Part shown: piece by piece, positions 1-9,713 of the stretch
How the letters are laid out: every line of letters begins with the position of its first letter
Position numbering within the stretch: the first letter of the stretch is position 1
Source: a virus
Virus record (IMG/VR): IMGVR_UViG_3300027085_000001
Strand: one strand, 5' to 3'
Length of the DNA: 64,000 bases
The notes under the pieces: model-generated
The model's input: the letters and a program-made list of their open reading frames with translations, nothing else
Database searches by the model: none
What the model was told of the DNA's origin: nothing
Translations under genes and position numbers: made by a program

Positions 1-52
1 CGTCCTAATGCCCTGTCGAGTCTGTCTGTCATATTCTATCTTCACCTATATG

Positions 53-69
53 AGTATTTAAAAATATCA
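53..69 (-). promoter_or_regulatory. late promoter motif copy (TGATATTTTTAAATACT on the transcribed strand); TGA is the stop codon of the gpJ-like gene
   Basis: 17-nt motif conserved at 7 sites. Confidence 0.45.
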
Positions 70-2142
70 ACTGACCGTGATTGTACCTGCTTTGGCCACT
101 TGACTGACGCTGATTGTGACATCAGCCGCAGGAATTGTGAGTGTGCTATTGACGACGCCTTCAACTGATTGAATGACGCGTGTGAGTTCAGCCCTATAGA
201 CATCAGCTCCAACTCCCAAGCTGTTCAAGTAGAGACTGAGTGCATCGGCCACGGCGCTCTTTGTAGCAACTGAATCATATGCAACATCGACAACAACTGA
301 GCAGGTGACAGCAATTGAAACGACAGTTGGTTCACTGACTGTTGCAACTACACCTGCTGCTTTTGTTGCAGCAACAGCAGCATTGACATCTGCTAGCACT
401 GCTGGTGGCATTGGAATCTCTACGCCAGAGACGAAGATATCGACGTGTCCCAACCAGTGGTAGTTGTACGTAGTGTAGAACTGTGTGTTGTTGTCAGGCT
501 TCTGTCCTGCAACTTGCCAGACAATGTTGCTATCAGCATCGAGGATGTAGTCAGTGTTGACAACGAATGTATGTCCCGGTGTTGAAAGGTATGTGCCTGT
601 GACAAGGAGTGTGACGTCATTCTGAGCAACTTCGTTTGCAAGCTTGTAGATGAGTGTGCCTGTGAGATATAAGTGTGGTTCAGCCGCAACCGAGTTCGCC
701 GGTAAGTCATTGACAGTTACTGATGCAACACCAGTCACAGCAAGCACAGCGTTCTCAAGAGCTTGAGCAGTTGCCAAGCCTGTGATACCGCTATTCTTGA
801 TTCTATCACGGAGAGCGGCATCAGTTTCAATGTCAGAGCCGCCAGTCATTGCTTCATAGTTGTTGACTGTGTCAATGCTTGGAATACTGCTGACCTTGAA
901 GACAATCTTATTTGCGCCAACATTGTATGCAACACCAACTGCTTCTGCAATGCATTCAACTTCTTTCGAGAGAGGAATGTATGTTGTAGCGAAGTTGGTC
1001 GTAGTGTCTGGTCGTGTTCCAGCGGTTGTCCACCGCACCAAGTCGCCAGAGTATTGGCTATTCTCGCCAAAGAAGAAGAAGTCCATATTGAGCAAGCCGC
1101 TCGTGATTGTATCTGAGGTATTGTTGGTCTCAACCCTGAGCTGTAAGAAGTTGATAGCAGTCAAGCTCGGGAAGCCAGTTTGTAAGAGCGACGTTGCTGT
1201 TCTGTCAATTCTGACAAGGTTCCATCCAACAGCAAGTGTGCTTCCTGAGAGAGTCAAGTCTTTGCTGTTTGCAGTCGAACCACCACTTCCATACCAGAGC
1301 CGAATGTTCTTGATTTTTGCAAGTGTTGGCGCATCAGCAACTCTGAACCAGAAGAGCAAGTCTCTGCTGCTTGCATCTACAACTGAGCCAAGGATATGTG
1401 AGTAGGTGATGAACGCCGAAGCAGTTCCAGTCTTTCCGAGCTTCAAGCTCTTCGTACCTTGCCTGAAGTTCACGGCGTCAGTTGTGACGGCTGAGGCATC
1501 AACGTTGTTTGTCCATCCTGTGATGACTTCACAGTTGTCAGCAGCATTGATTGTTGAGACATCAACAAGAGTGTAGTCTGTCACATTCACCACTGAATAG
1601 TCAGTTGTCGCAACGAACGTGTGTCCAGGAACAGTGAGTACAGTTCCCGTAAGTGTGGTGATTGAATCAATGATTCTCTCATTGAGTTGATAGTCATAGA
1701 TGCCGTCTACAAATGCATGTGCTTCGGTAGCGATGTTAGCACTGAATGTGGTATTTGCTACAACCAAGAATCGTAGTGGGTCCTCACTTGTATTGGGTTG
1801 AGTAGACACTACGCTGTTGATAGCAATTGTGAAGTCTGAGGGAGCTGCAACATTTCTTTGGAATGTGACAAAGTTATTCGCCTGAGAACCAGTCTTTCTC
1901 GTGACACCAACAATAGCACCAATCTGTTCAAGGTCTGTGCTCGTTGCAGTATCTACACGGCTACCATCATAGATGTTCTGCAATTGTGTGTACAGCAAAT
2001 CAATCTCTGATGCGACTGATTCAAGCATCTGTCGAAGAACGCTTCCGACGTTTGCATCAGTAACTGTATCAATGTTCGCCAAGACATTCAGCAACAAGTC
2101 GCTGATGATGTCATTCAATACTTTGACTGTGAATTGTGTCAT
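67..2142 (-). CDS. baseplate J-like protein (gpJ/gp6 family) with an inserted N-terminal domain
   Basis: 691 aa; segment MTGGSDIETDAALRDRIKNSGITGLATAQALENA matches the conserved GG-D-E-D..LR.R core of Baseplate_J proteins; internal duplicated PGHTFV..TDY segments; terminal gene of the baseplate block. Confidence 0.55.
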   Translation of the reverse strand: MTQFTVKVLNDIISDLLLNVLANIDTVTDANVGSVLRQMLESVASEIDLLYTQLQNIYDGSRVDTATSTDLEQIGAIVGVTRKTGSQANNFVTFQRNVAAPSDFTIAINSVVSTQPNTSEDPLRFLVVANTTFSANIATEAHAFVDGIYDYQLNERIIDSITTLTGTVLTVPGHTFVATTDYSVVNVTDYTLVDVSTINAADNCEVITGWTNNVDASAVTTDAVNFRQGTKSLKLGKTGTASAFITYSHILGSVVDASSRDLLFWFRVADAPTLAKIKNIRLWYGSGGSTANSKDLTLSGSTLAVGWNLVRIDRTATSLLQTGFPSLTAINFLQLRVETNNTSDTITSGLLNMDFFFFGENSQYSGDLVRWTTAGTRPDTTTNFATTYIPLSKEVECIAEAVGVAYNVGANKIVFKVSSIPSIDTVNNYEAMTGGSDIETDAALRDRIKNSGITGLATAQALENAVLAVTGVASVTVNDLPANSVAAEPHLYLTGTLIYKLANEVAQNDVTLLVTGTYLSTPGHTFVVNTDYILDADSNIVWQVAGQKPDNNTQFYTTYNYHWLGHVDIFVSGVEIPMPPAVLADVNAAVAATKAAGVVATVSEPTVVSIAVTCSVVVDVAYDSVATKSAVADALSLYLNSLGVGADVYRAELTRVIQSVEGVVNSTLTIPAADVTISVSQVAKAGTITVS

Positions 2143-2315
2143 GCTGTCACCTGCTTCTTCATCTCAGCTCGTAGTTTATCAGCAGCACTGCCAGCATTTC
2201 TGTCACGAAGCTCTTTCTCGAACTGAAGGAAGTATTCAATTTGAGTGCATCTCTTATCAGCAAAGTGTAGGCGAGTTGCCTCAATACTCTGCTCAAACTT
2301 TTGTTTCATGCTCAT
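2139..2315 (-). CDS. small hypothetical protein (about 58 aa), ATGA-coupled to both neighbours
   Basis: ORF MSMKQKFEQSIEATRLHF... found by manual translation; its start overlaps the gp25-like stop and its stop overlaps the gpJ-like ATG; below the ORF-track size cutoff. Confidence 0.2.
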   Translation of the reverse strand: MSMKQKFEQSIEATRLHFADKRCTQIEYFLQFEKELRDRNAGSAADKLRAEMKKQVTA

Positions 2316-2737
2316 GCTGATTCACCTGTAATGAAGTACGGGAAGATGATATTGAGTGTTTGCTCGCTATCGATGGGAGTGACCATGATGTCAACTTGCA
2401 TCGTATCTTTCAGTACATTCACATATGATACTTTGATTGAGTCAATTGATTTGATTCTCGGTTCTTGAAGCAGTGCTTCTCGAACATGTTGACGAGCTAG
2501 TTGAAGTGTGAAGTCATTTGGTACTTGGCCGACGAGGAGTGGAAGTCGTGAGCCGTAGTCAGGGTGTAGTTCAAGCTCTCCCCGCAATGTCTTCACACGA
2601 CTGATGACTGCTTGTGATAGGTTGTCTTGATACTGTATGATTTTGAAATCGTTGCCAGAGCTAATTCGAACATCATCATCAGTGGCGTGCTGTATGAGTA
2701 AGTCAACTCCCAATCTTGCTTGTGCGATATCGACCAT
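2312..2737 (-). CDS. baseplate wedge protein, gp25/gpW-like
   Basis: 141 aa; motif KTLRGELELHPDYGSRL resembles the conserved RGE..PdFG motif of gp25/GPW baseplate proteins; sits between the PAAR-like and gpJ-like genes. Confidence 0.45.
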   Translation of the reverse strand: MVDIAQARLGVDLLIQHATDDDVRISSGNDFKIIQYQDNLSQAVISRVKTLRGELELHPDYGSRLPLLVGQVPNDFTLQLARQHVREALLQEPRIKSIDSIKVSYVNVLKDTMQVDIMVTPIDSEQTLNIIFPYFITGESA

Positions 2738-3073
2738 TTAACTCACGTCCACGAATGTGTTTGAACCTGCTCCATTGATTGCTGTTGCATCGCTTGTGTA
2801 TGAATCACCGACGAGGCATATCTTGTTTCCGTTGATTGTGACATATGATTGTCCGAATGAGTTCGGAGTGAATGAGTGTGATTGGATGTTTGGTGGTACG
2901 CATGGTGGGTTGTTGTGGCTCGGAACGAGTAGGTGTCCGTTCTGCACCATGATTAGGGATGAGACAATGCTGACAAAACTGTTAGAACCAACATCAACAG
3001 TCCCAGCAACACTGCCAGCACAGACCGTGCCACTATGTATGCATGTTCCGTTGGAAATAACAACCTTGACCAT
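2738..3073 (-). CDS. PAAR-repeat-like spike tip protein
   Basis: 111 aa, Gly/Ser/Val-rich with Cys/His cluster (GTCIHSGTVCAGS ... HNNPPC); immediately follows the gpV-like spike gene; preceded by late promoter motif at 3113-3130. Confidence 0.4.
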   Translation of the reverse strand: MVKVVISNGTCIHSGTVCAGSVAGTVDVGSNSFVSIVSSLIMVQNGHLLVPSHNNPPCVPPNIQSHSFTPNSFGQSYVTINGNKICLVGDSYTSDATAINGAGSNTFVDVS

Positions 3074-3112
3074 TGCGGTCTCCCTTTTTGTATATTCATA
3101 TTCCTGTTACGG

Positions 3113-3130
3113 CATATTTAAAAATAATCA
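3113..3130 (-). promoter_or_regulatory. late promoter motif copy, 40 nt upstream of the PAAR-like gene; includes the stop codon of the spike gene
   Basis: TGATTATTTTTAAATATG. Confidence 0.5.
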
Positions 3131-3733
3131 TGTGAAGGGTATTGGCGTCTGGCTGAAGTTGACTGTCACCCCACTAATCGTCATGTTTCCGGCTGCATCA
3201 ACTTTGATGCCATACCCATCTTTGTTTGAAAGCACAAAGCCACCATCGTGATTCAAGCGCAGACGTGCACCGCCGTTGATGTTTCCTGCATTGCTTGCTT
3301 TCAAGATGATGTCATTCGTCTCTGTCAAATAGACAATGCTGCCAAACGTTGAATTGATGAGTAGGAGTTCTCCTTGTGCGGCCATCGGAACGCCATCAGG
3401 ATTCTGAGTGTATGAATCAACAACTGAACCAATGACAACTGGCTGTTGGCTTGCGTCACCATAGAAGGCGACAAAGACCAAATCATCAGGTGCTGGAAGT
3501 GCAAATGTTCCTTTGTAGTTGCCCATGCCGAGACCGACAATTGGGACGTTGTTGTACTGAATGTTTATGAGGTTCAGGTGTCGAATATTGACAGTGTAGT
3601 CTTTAGTGTTGGCGTCTGTGACTTTGTAAATTTGCAGAGACTTGCTTTTCTGAATCTCTTTCTGAATCATCGCCTGAATTGTCTTGGCGAATGTGTCAAC
3701 TGCGAAGAGTGTCATTTGAGGTTCCCCGTCCAC
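3128..3733 (-). CDS. baseplate central spike protein, gpV/gp45-like OB-fold
   Basis: 201 aa; GTFALPAPDDLVFVAFYGDASQQPVVIGSV resembles the conserved P.vGd.V.v.F.gGd core of P2 gpV / Mu gp45 spike proteins. Confidence 0.45.
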   Translation of the reverse strand: MDGEPQMTLFAVDTFAKTIQAMIQKEIQKSKSLQIYKVTDANTKDYTVNIRHLNLINIQYNNVPIVGLGMGNYKGTFALPAPDDLVFVAFYGDASQQPVVIGSVVDSYTQNPDGVPMAAQGELLLINSTFGSIVYLTETNDIILKASNAGNINGGARLRLNHDGGFVLSNKDGYGIKVDAAGNMTISGVTVNFSQTPIPFT

Positions 3734-4989
3734 GTTACAAGTGCAGCGTCTGCTTTCTTCACTGCTTCTAAACCATTGATGTCTGCTAGCCCAGCAGTAT
3801 CAATCACCATCTGCTCTGGGAGAGTAGTGAGTGAATGAGCATAGCCAGTGATAGTTGCACTGACATCATCCTTTGTGATTGTCCACTGCAGCTTCTTGAT
3901 AATCCAGACGCTTGAGTTGTTGAATCGGTCATAATCTGTGAGCGTGAATGGTTGTCCGACAGTCATTGCTGGGTCGAACTTCGTCTTGAATGAGACAGCG
4001 AAGTTGCGCTCAATCTCAAGGAGCTTTTGTCGTGCTACCTTCTGGCAGTCTAAGTCGCTCTGCAAGTTCCTGTTCTCAAAGACAATGAAGTTGTAGTTCT
4101 TGTCAGTGACCGGGTTGCCAGAGCCTGCATTGAGTTGCAACATGATTGGGTCAATTGCAACGCCCCATGAAGGATAGAAGCCAAGCACAGCAACACTGTT
4201 CACGTTGTCGGTGATATCTCCGTAGTCAAGATTGAACATGTTCACGCCGAGCACGAAGCTCCATCCATTCGCACTCAAGTAAGAATCACTCTTTGAGCTA
4301 AGCAAGTAGAACGGTGTGAGCACAAGCATAGTTCCATCACCAATCTGTGTGATGATGACAGCATAGTTCTCACGAATCTTTGAGAGTACATCCTTGAGGT
4401 TTTGAGCGCTATCAACCTTGATGAACAGTGTATTTGCATTCACGTCTCTGAACTCAACATTCGGAATGATTGTATTTGTCTGGTCACCAAATGCCAACTG
4501 CAAGATGCCAATGTCAGCGTTGTTGATTGTGTTTCCTGAGGCAGTGCCAATGATGAGATTCTGGAGCTCGCCTTCTTTTCTCTCAAAGCTAAGTGGTCGC
4601 TCATCAGCCATCCCCAATGAGCCGTGTGCTTCGATTTCATAATCGATGCTATCTTTTGATTTGCTGAGCTTGATGCTTTTGATAAACCCATAGAAGACGC
4701 GCTTCAGTTGGCCAAGTGTCGGCACTGCGGGTTCTGAAACAGTTCTTCCATTTGCATCAGTGTATGGGAAGTCGCGATAGTACAATTGAACTGTGTCATA
4801 CTTCTTGAGTCGTGTGATGTCGACTGTTGAAGATGTGACATTCTTCTGGCCGGGTAGCAAGTATGGAAGCTTGAATGTAAGCTTTCCATAGAGTTCGTCA
4901 ATATCAAACTCACCTTCCATATCATAGGCCTCAGTAGTCTGAATGCTATTCGAACCACTGCCGATGAGCATGATTTGTTTGACTCCCAT
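3712..4989 (-). CDS. baseplate hub-like structural protein (position equivalent to P2 gpD / Mu gp44)
   Basis: 425 aa ORF between tape measure region and spike gene; assignment by gene order only. Confidence 0.25.
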   Translation of the reverse strand: MGVKQIMLIGSGSNSIQTTEAYDMEGEFDIDELYGKLTFKLPYLLPGQKNVTSSTVDITRLKKYDTVQLYYRDFPYTDANGRTVSEPAVPTLGQLKRVFYGFIKSIKLSKSKDSIDYEIEAHGSLGMADERPLSFERKEGELQNLIIGTASGNTINNADIGILQLAFGDQTNTIIPNVEFRDVNANTLFIKVDSAQNLKDVLSKIRENYAVIITQIGDGTMLVLTPFYLLSSKSDSYLSANGWSFVLGVNMFNLDYGDITDNVNSVAVLGFYPSWGVAIDPIMLQLNAGSGNPVTDKNYNFIVFENRNLQSDLDCQKVARQKLLEIERNFAVSFKTKFDPAMTVGQPFTLTDYDRFNNSSVWIIKKLQWTITKDDVSATITGYAHSLTTLPEQMVIDTAGLADINGLEAVKKADAALVTWTGNLK

Positions 4990-5139
4990 TTAGGAACACC
5001 TACAGTTGCCGTTTGCGTCGGCGATGAGTTGAGCAGTCTTTCTGCCCTTCTCAGTGTATGTCTTACACTTGAGCTTACCACACTTCTGGCATGTATTCAC
5101 CAGAAGGTTGGACTGAAGTTTGATTTGATTGGGTTGCAT
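4990..5139 (-). CDS. small zinc-ribbon protein (49 aa)
   Basis: manually translated MQPNQIKLQSNLLVNTCQKCGKLKCKTYTEKGRKTAQLIADANGNCRCS; CxxC...C.C pattern; stop TAA directly abuts ATG of next gene (TAAATG). Confidence 0.3.
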   Translation of the reverse strand: MQPNQIKLQSNLLVNTCQKCGKLKCKTYTEKGRKTAQLIADANGNCRCS

Positions 5140-5141
5140 TG

Positions 5142-5618
5142 TTACGCTCCCAAGATGTTTCTATCTTTCGCTCTCTGCTTAAGTAGCTCAGCAGGTTGGA
5201 AATTAACAAGAGCAATTGCTGTGCTCTGAATGTTTGCTTGCCTGTATTCAATGAGTGTCATATCGAATGTGACATATCGTTGCGTTCCTTGCACTACACC
5301 ACCAGCAAAGTTCCCAACAATGTATCTGCCGGTGTCTTCACTGTCGAGTGGGCAGTCAAGATTGACAACAGTAGCATTGTCTCTGAGTCTATCAATCGCC
5401 ATTTTCTTAGTGTTGATGTCATTGATGTCTGCTCCTGTCAACTTGCCTCTCAGCACGACTGTCTTATTCTTTCGTCCAGTGGTGACAACGGTGCCGCCGT
5501 TTGAGCCGGGGGATTCATAAACGATGACACCGAGTTCACCACCGAAGCTCATACTCTCAACGACACTGAGGTCGATGATTGAACCAGTCGAAAGTCGTAG
5601 TCTGTAAAGTGATGCCAT
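5142..5618 (-). CDS. hypothetical tail/baseplate protein
   Basis: 158 aa ORF directly downstream of tape measure gene; no recognisable motif. Confidence 0.25.
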   Translation of the reverse strand: MASLYRLRLSTGSIIDLSVVESMSFGGELGVIVYESPGSNGGTVVTTGRKNKTVVLRGKLTGADINDINTKKMAIDRLRDNATVVNLDCPLDSEDTGRYIVGNFAGGVVQGTQRYVTFDMTLIEYRQANIQSTAIALVNFQPAELLKQRAKDRNILGA

Positions 5619-5623
5619 GATAG

Positions 5624-7132
5624 TTACCTCTGTGTCGCCTGAGTCTCAAGTTGCCCAGTCAACATCTCTGCAAAGCCTCTTGCTCCTTGCGGAGTTATCT
5701 CTCGGCTTGTTTGAATCGAAATGCTTGGGCTGCTATTCACCACTCTGCTTGAGGAATTTGTGATAGTTGTGGCAGGTCGTTCAACTGCTGAGGTGCCAGG
5801 TTGTTGGCCAGGAGTGACTTCAGTTGTTTTCCCAAAGCCAAGATATTCACCGACCTTCTTGGCAGTTTCCCATATCCATTTGAACGGCGCTAGCATTGCA
5901 TCAAGCATATCCTTAACGAATGAAATTGCTTCTCCAATCGCGTGGAACATCTTCTGTACCCAGGTGAGCTTCATGAATGCTTTGCCCATGTCGAGTATCT
6001 TGTGTCCGATGAACTCACCAATCTTCGCCAAAATTCTGAAGTAGAGTACGAGTGGGAAGATTGCTACCTTCACAACGAACCCAAGAATCTTGCCAATCCA
6101 ACCGATGACATTGCCAAGTACTTTGAAGACATCGACAAGGTCGAATGCTGTTCCTTGAGCATCAGCGAATGGTGCAAAGATTTCAGAGATAGCATCGAAG
6201 AGCGGGTCTAAGATTGCAAAGATTGCATCAAAGACAGCTCCCACAATAACGACCAATCCTTTGAGCACCGTGAAGATAGGAGTGAAGACAATCTTGAGAA
6301 CTGGCCCAAGTTTGATGAGTAGCGTCTGGAAGTGGAGCAGTGCTCTTCCAAGCACGTCCTTAATCGCTCCGCCAACGCCGAATACGAGCTTCTGGATGCC
6401 GCCAACGTTCAACTGCCATATCTTATACAGTGTAAAGACAGCTGCAATAACGATGCCAATTGGCAGCGCTATAGAGGCGATAACGGGGATGAGTGAGCCA
6501 ATGCTTGTGGCAATAGCGCTAAAGATAGTAGGAATGTTGCTGAGCATAGCAGTCACGCCGCCTGAGAAGACGGTCTTGAAGTTCGAACCGAACGCTGTGA
6601 TGTTGCCTGCGAAGTTCTTGAAGAAGTCTCCGAAGACAGAATCCATTGCGCGGCCATTCTTCGTCAGCGTTGAGAACGACTTATTGAAGTTCCCCATCGA
6701 TTGGCTAAGCTGGCTCAGCCGTGAAAGAGGAGTTTGAAATGCAGGAGCAAGAAGAGAACCAATGAGCGGGAGGCGTCCCACCACTTCGGATATTTTGTCT
6801 CCGCCATGAGATACGAGCTCATCGAACGCCTCCTGCTGCTCATTGATATCCTTCAGATTCCATTCGACAGTCTGCAGTTTGATACCCATATCTTGGTTGA
6901 ATGCAGCAATCTCTTTCGCAGAATGTCCCATCAGTTTGTACTGTTGAGCACTCTCCTTCAAGCTTTTCTGCATACCTTCAAGACTGGTCTTCGAGCCGAA
7001 GATGTTTTTACGCATCTTCATGATGGAGTCTGAGAAAGTATTCGCATCGCGAATGCTCTTCGAGAAGTCAATTACTTTTTCAAACTGGACCATTGTTTTC
7101 CCTCGAATCGTGCTCGTAAATGACATACGCAT
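5624..7132 (-). CDS. tail tape measure protein
   Basis: 502 aa; long alpha-helical/coiled N-terminus, central glycine-rich hydrophobic segments (IGSLIPVIASIALPIGIVIAAVF...), located after chaperone ORFs and tail tube, which is the usual tape-measure position. Confidence 0.6.
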   Translation of the reverse strand: MRMSFTSTIRGKTMVQFEKVIDFSKSIRDANTFSDSIMKMRKNIFGSKTSLEGMQKSLKESAQQYKLMGHSAKEIAAFNQDMGIKLQTVEWNLKDINEQQEAFDELVSHGGDKISEVVGRLPLIGSLLAPAFQTPLSRLSQLSQSMGNFNKSFSTLTKNGRAMDSVFGDFFKNFAGNITAFGSNFKTVFSGGVTAMLSNIPTIFSAIATSIGSLIPVIASIALPIGIVIAAVFTLYKIWQLNVGGIQKLVFGVGGAIKDVLGRALLHFQTLLIKLGPVLKIVFTPIFTVLKGLVVIVGAVFDAIFAILDPLFDAISEIFAPFADAQGTAFDLVDVFKVLGNVIGWIGKILGFVVKVAIFPLVLYFRILAKIGEFIGHKILDMGKAFMKLTWVQKMFHAIGEAISFVKDMLDAMLAPFKWIWETAKKVGEYLGFGKTTEVTPGQQPGTSAVERPATTITNSSSRVVNSSPSISIQTSREITPQGARGFAEMLTGQLETQATQR

Positions 7133-7198
7133 ACGACTTGATGATGTCCTTGCGTTTCATGTGAGCCACTTCTTCTGCAGTCTTATTGAACCTCATAC

Positions 7199-7600
7199 TC
7201 ACGAGGTACTTTGTTCGTTCCCACTCGTCGGTGTCGAGGATTTCTCGGAATCTTGCAAAAAATCAGCACTCTCCTCGTTGAACAGATTCAATCCGTCAAC
7301 TAGTCTTTTCAGAGAACTGACCTTGAGCTTCTTCAAGTCGAGCTCGCCGAGCTTCGGCTTCACAAGTGACCTGCTGACAAGCATGAGTCCGCGAGTGAAG
7401 TCACTCACATTCTCGATGTTTGCACAAAGCCTTTCAACTTGCTCGTACTCTTCACCGGTGGGTTCACGAAGCGTGAACTTGCCTTCTTTCGTTGTGATTT
7501 CGACGCTCTCATCTGCGAGCATCTTCAGATACATGGGTATCTGTTTCTTCTCAATCTTTTCCTTCGTCATTTCCTTCACCCGGCATTGCGCCTTCGTCAA
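7199..7600 (-). CDS. tail assembly chaperone candidate (downstream ORF of overlapping pair)
   Basis: 133 aa acidic ORF overlapping the 3' end of 7551..7793; probable real start MTKEKIEKKQ near 7567; position between tube and tape measure. Confidence 0.3.
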   Translation of the reverse strand: MTKAQCRVKEMTKEKIEKKQIPMYLKMLADESVEITTKEGKFTLREPTGEEYEQVERLCANIENVSDFTRGLMLVSRSLVKPKLGELDLKKLKVSSLKRLVDGLNLFNEESADFLQDSEKSSTPTSGNEQSTS

Positions 7601-7793
7601 TCTTCTTTACTTGCAACTCAGTTGTGTTGTGCACAATGAGTATGCCGTTGCGTGCAGTGTAGCTCAACTCAACGAATGCACCATCAGGTACAATCGCTTT
7701 ATCAGAGCACCACTTGCCCGTGCGAAACTCCTCATCCGACAAGCGGAAGATTTGCTTCGACTTCTTTTTGGTTACTGTTGTTATCTCTTGCAT
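7551..7793 (-). CDS. tail assembly chaperone candidate (upstream ORF of overlapping pair)
   Basis: 80 aa ORF between tail tube and tape measure genes; overlaps next ORF in a different frame. Confidence 0.3.
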   Translation of the reverse strand: MQEITTVTKKKSKQIFRLSDEEFRTGKWCSDKAIVPDGAFVELSYTARNGILIVHNTTELQVKKIDEGAMPGEGNDEGKD

Positions 7794-7811
7794 TTCGCAT
7801 CGACCTCATAT

Positions 7812-7863
7812 TGAATGAATGAAAAAATAAAAAAATAATTTAAAGCTTTCTTACGAAAGCTTC
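7812..7863 (-). terminator. intrinsic terminator after tail tube gene (8-bp hairpin AAGCTTTC-gtaa-GAAAGCTT followed by TAAATTATTTTTTTATTTTTT)
   Basis: stop codon of tube gene lies in the hairpin loop. Confidence 0.55.
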
Positions 7864-8255
7864 CACTTCAAGCCTTTGAAGTTCATCGTGTTCTTCGCAT
7901 AGCCATCGAGTTCAAGCGATGCAATGTCGAAGCCGTCGAACTTCGCCCCAGTCACAGTGATAGTTCTCTTCGGCGATTTGCCAGAGACAACTGTCCCAGT
8001 GATGGTAAAGTCCGGCCATACACCAGCGTCAGGCGGGAAGAGCGTGTTGAGCGTATCGTTGTCGATATATGCTCTCACGATGCTGCCTGTGACGTTCTTC
8101 TTACCGTCAAGTACTTCTACTCCGTAGTACGAGCCAGCTTCGAATGCAACTTCATTGTCTGCAGCAACAGTGACAGTCATGCTCTCTGAACCGCCAATGA
8201 TGTTACCACCAACGCTGATGACGATATCCTTTGCACTAATTCTTTGGTTTACCAT
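7851..8255 (-). CDS. tail tube protein
   Basis: 134 aa beta-rich ORF immediately downstream of sheath gene and followed by a strong hairpin + T-tract terminator. Confidence 0.5.
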   Translation of the reverse strand: MVNQRISAKDIVISVGGNIIGGSESMTVTVAADNEVAFEAGSYYGVEVLDGKKNVTGSIVRAYIDNDTLNTLFPPDAGVWPDFTITGTVVSGKSPKRTITVTGAKFDGFDIASLELDGYAKNTMNFKGLKWKLS

Positions 8256-8266
8256 TCGTCATCACC

Positions 8267-9703
8267 TCAGTTGGTGACCTGAGACAAGCTCAGTGTCACG
8301 TTGATGAAGTTGATAGCAAACGTCGGCTTGATGGTCATATTGACAAGCACAGTATCTGGGCTCGTTCCTGCGTTGACCTCTGTTGCAAGGTACGCATCAA
8401 TAATCTCATCTAGCTTGTCTGCTTCAAGCAATCCATCAACTTGCTTTGCCATGATGTCACGGATTCTCTGCAGGTTCGGGTTGCCGATGAACGGATTCAA
8501 CTGCGTTCGAACTTGTGCCGTCACGTAATCTACAATGCGAACAATGTTCACTTCATAGAAGACGCTTGTGGTTGAGGTGTCGCGTGTCACGCCACGTGAT
8601 GCCTGGATTGCTCCAGAAATCTTCGTGATAGGCACGATTCTTGATGCAAGCAGTTGTTCCTGTTCGCCGTTGTTGTAGTACTGCCTTCCGGTTGATTGCA
8701 AGATGCTGACATCTTCGACGTTCAGCGTCTTGTGGGTTGGGCTAATGTGTACCAATCGTCCAGCCATTCCGCCTGCATAACTGCAAGCAAGATAGGAGCC
8801 GTTCAATACATATTGATTCCCATCAATCCTGTGCGTGTACTTCACGTTCGGTGCAACCAGCGAAAGTCGATTTCCAGCTGCTGTCCTTGCCTGAGCAGTT
8901 GCAATGGTTTCATCCACTGCAATTCCCGAAACAAAGATTGCATATCTGTTGTCGTTTGCAGCTCTCGTGTTCAACTTCCCAACCATTGTCGAGTGGAAGC
9001 TATCACTTGCTTCAAGTGAATCCCCACCCGGAATGACAAGGATGTCAAAGTCCTGGTCTGACAACACACTATCAAATGCTGAAGTGTAGTCGCTTGCAAC
9101 GAGACCTGTTTCACCGTCTGCTCCACTTGCCAAGAAGGTTTGTGAAGTAACGCTGATAAGATTCGCGCTGTTTACGACTGCAGCTACAAGTTGACTGTTG
9201 CCATTGATTGCTGCTGCAATTGCTGCGTTGGTCGCGTAGCCTGCTCCACCATTGTTGTAGACTTCGAGAATCTGTCCGTCAGTTACCTGAACGTCCCGAT
9301 TCGCCGGAGTCACAGCGTTAGCAGTGACAGTCACGCCGATGTTGTTTCCATACGAACCGTAGTACAGACCATTAAAGGTCATGACTGCGGCCGTCGGCCC
9401 TGCGCCAGCGAAGTTGACAGTTGCCTTTGCTTTGCTCGAGGCAGCGATTCGAACTGCAAGTGCAGTTCCAGCGCCATCGCGATAAAGCAGGTCAAGTCCC
9501 TTCGGCAAACTAATAGTTGCCACGGTACCTGTCTTGTCGTCTTCAAAGACGGAGAGGGCCTGCGAAAAGCTCGTCAACGTTTGCACGCTATTGAGTGGTC
9601 CCCAAGTTGCGGTGCCAATAATGGCAACGATTCCAGGGCCCGCTTGAGCTTGCAACGTGAGAGCTTCACGCACATTAACTCGAATATTCGGTCTTAGTGC
9701 CAT
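8267..9703 (-). CDS. contractile tail sheath protein
   Basis: 478 aa; N-terminal GIVAIIGTATWGPLN resembles the conserved G.F.WGP region of T4 gp18-type sheaths; FDILVIPG and C-terminal NLQRIRD segments typical of sheath family; followed by tube gene. Confidence 0.6.
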   Translation of the reverse strand: MALRPNIRVNVREALTLQAQAGPGIVAIIGTATWGPLNSVQTLTSFSQALSVFEDDKTGTVATISLPKGLDLLYRDGAGTALAVRIAASSKAKATVNFAGAGPTAAVMTFNGLYYGSYGNNIGVTVTANAVTPANRDVQVTDGQILEVYNNGGAGYATNAAIAAAINGNSQLVAAVVNSANLISVTSQTFLASGADGETGLVASDYTSAFDSVLSDQDFDILVIPGGDSLEASDSFHSTMVGKLNTRAANDNRYAIFVSGIAVDETIATAQARTAAGNRLSLVAPNVKYTHRIDGNQYVLNGSYLACSYAGGMAGRLVHISPTHKTLNVEDVSILQSTGRQYYNNGEQEQLLASRIVPITKISGAIQASRGVTRDTSTTSVFYEVNIVRIVDYVTAQVRTQLNPFIGNPNLQRIRDIMAKQVDGLLEADKLDEIIDAYLATEVNAGTSPDTVLVNMTIKPTFAINFINVTLSLSQVTN

Positions 9704-9713
9704 GTGTCCTCCC

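Noticed and set aside
420-1405. Several ORFs on the plus strand overlapping the baseplate J gene (for example 763..1116 and 860..1405), and similar antisense ORFs throughout the track
   Set aside because: Low-complexity or Cys/Ser-rich translations fully embedded antisense to long, motif-bearing genes, with no promoter motifs. Treated as spurious.
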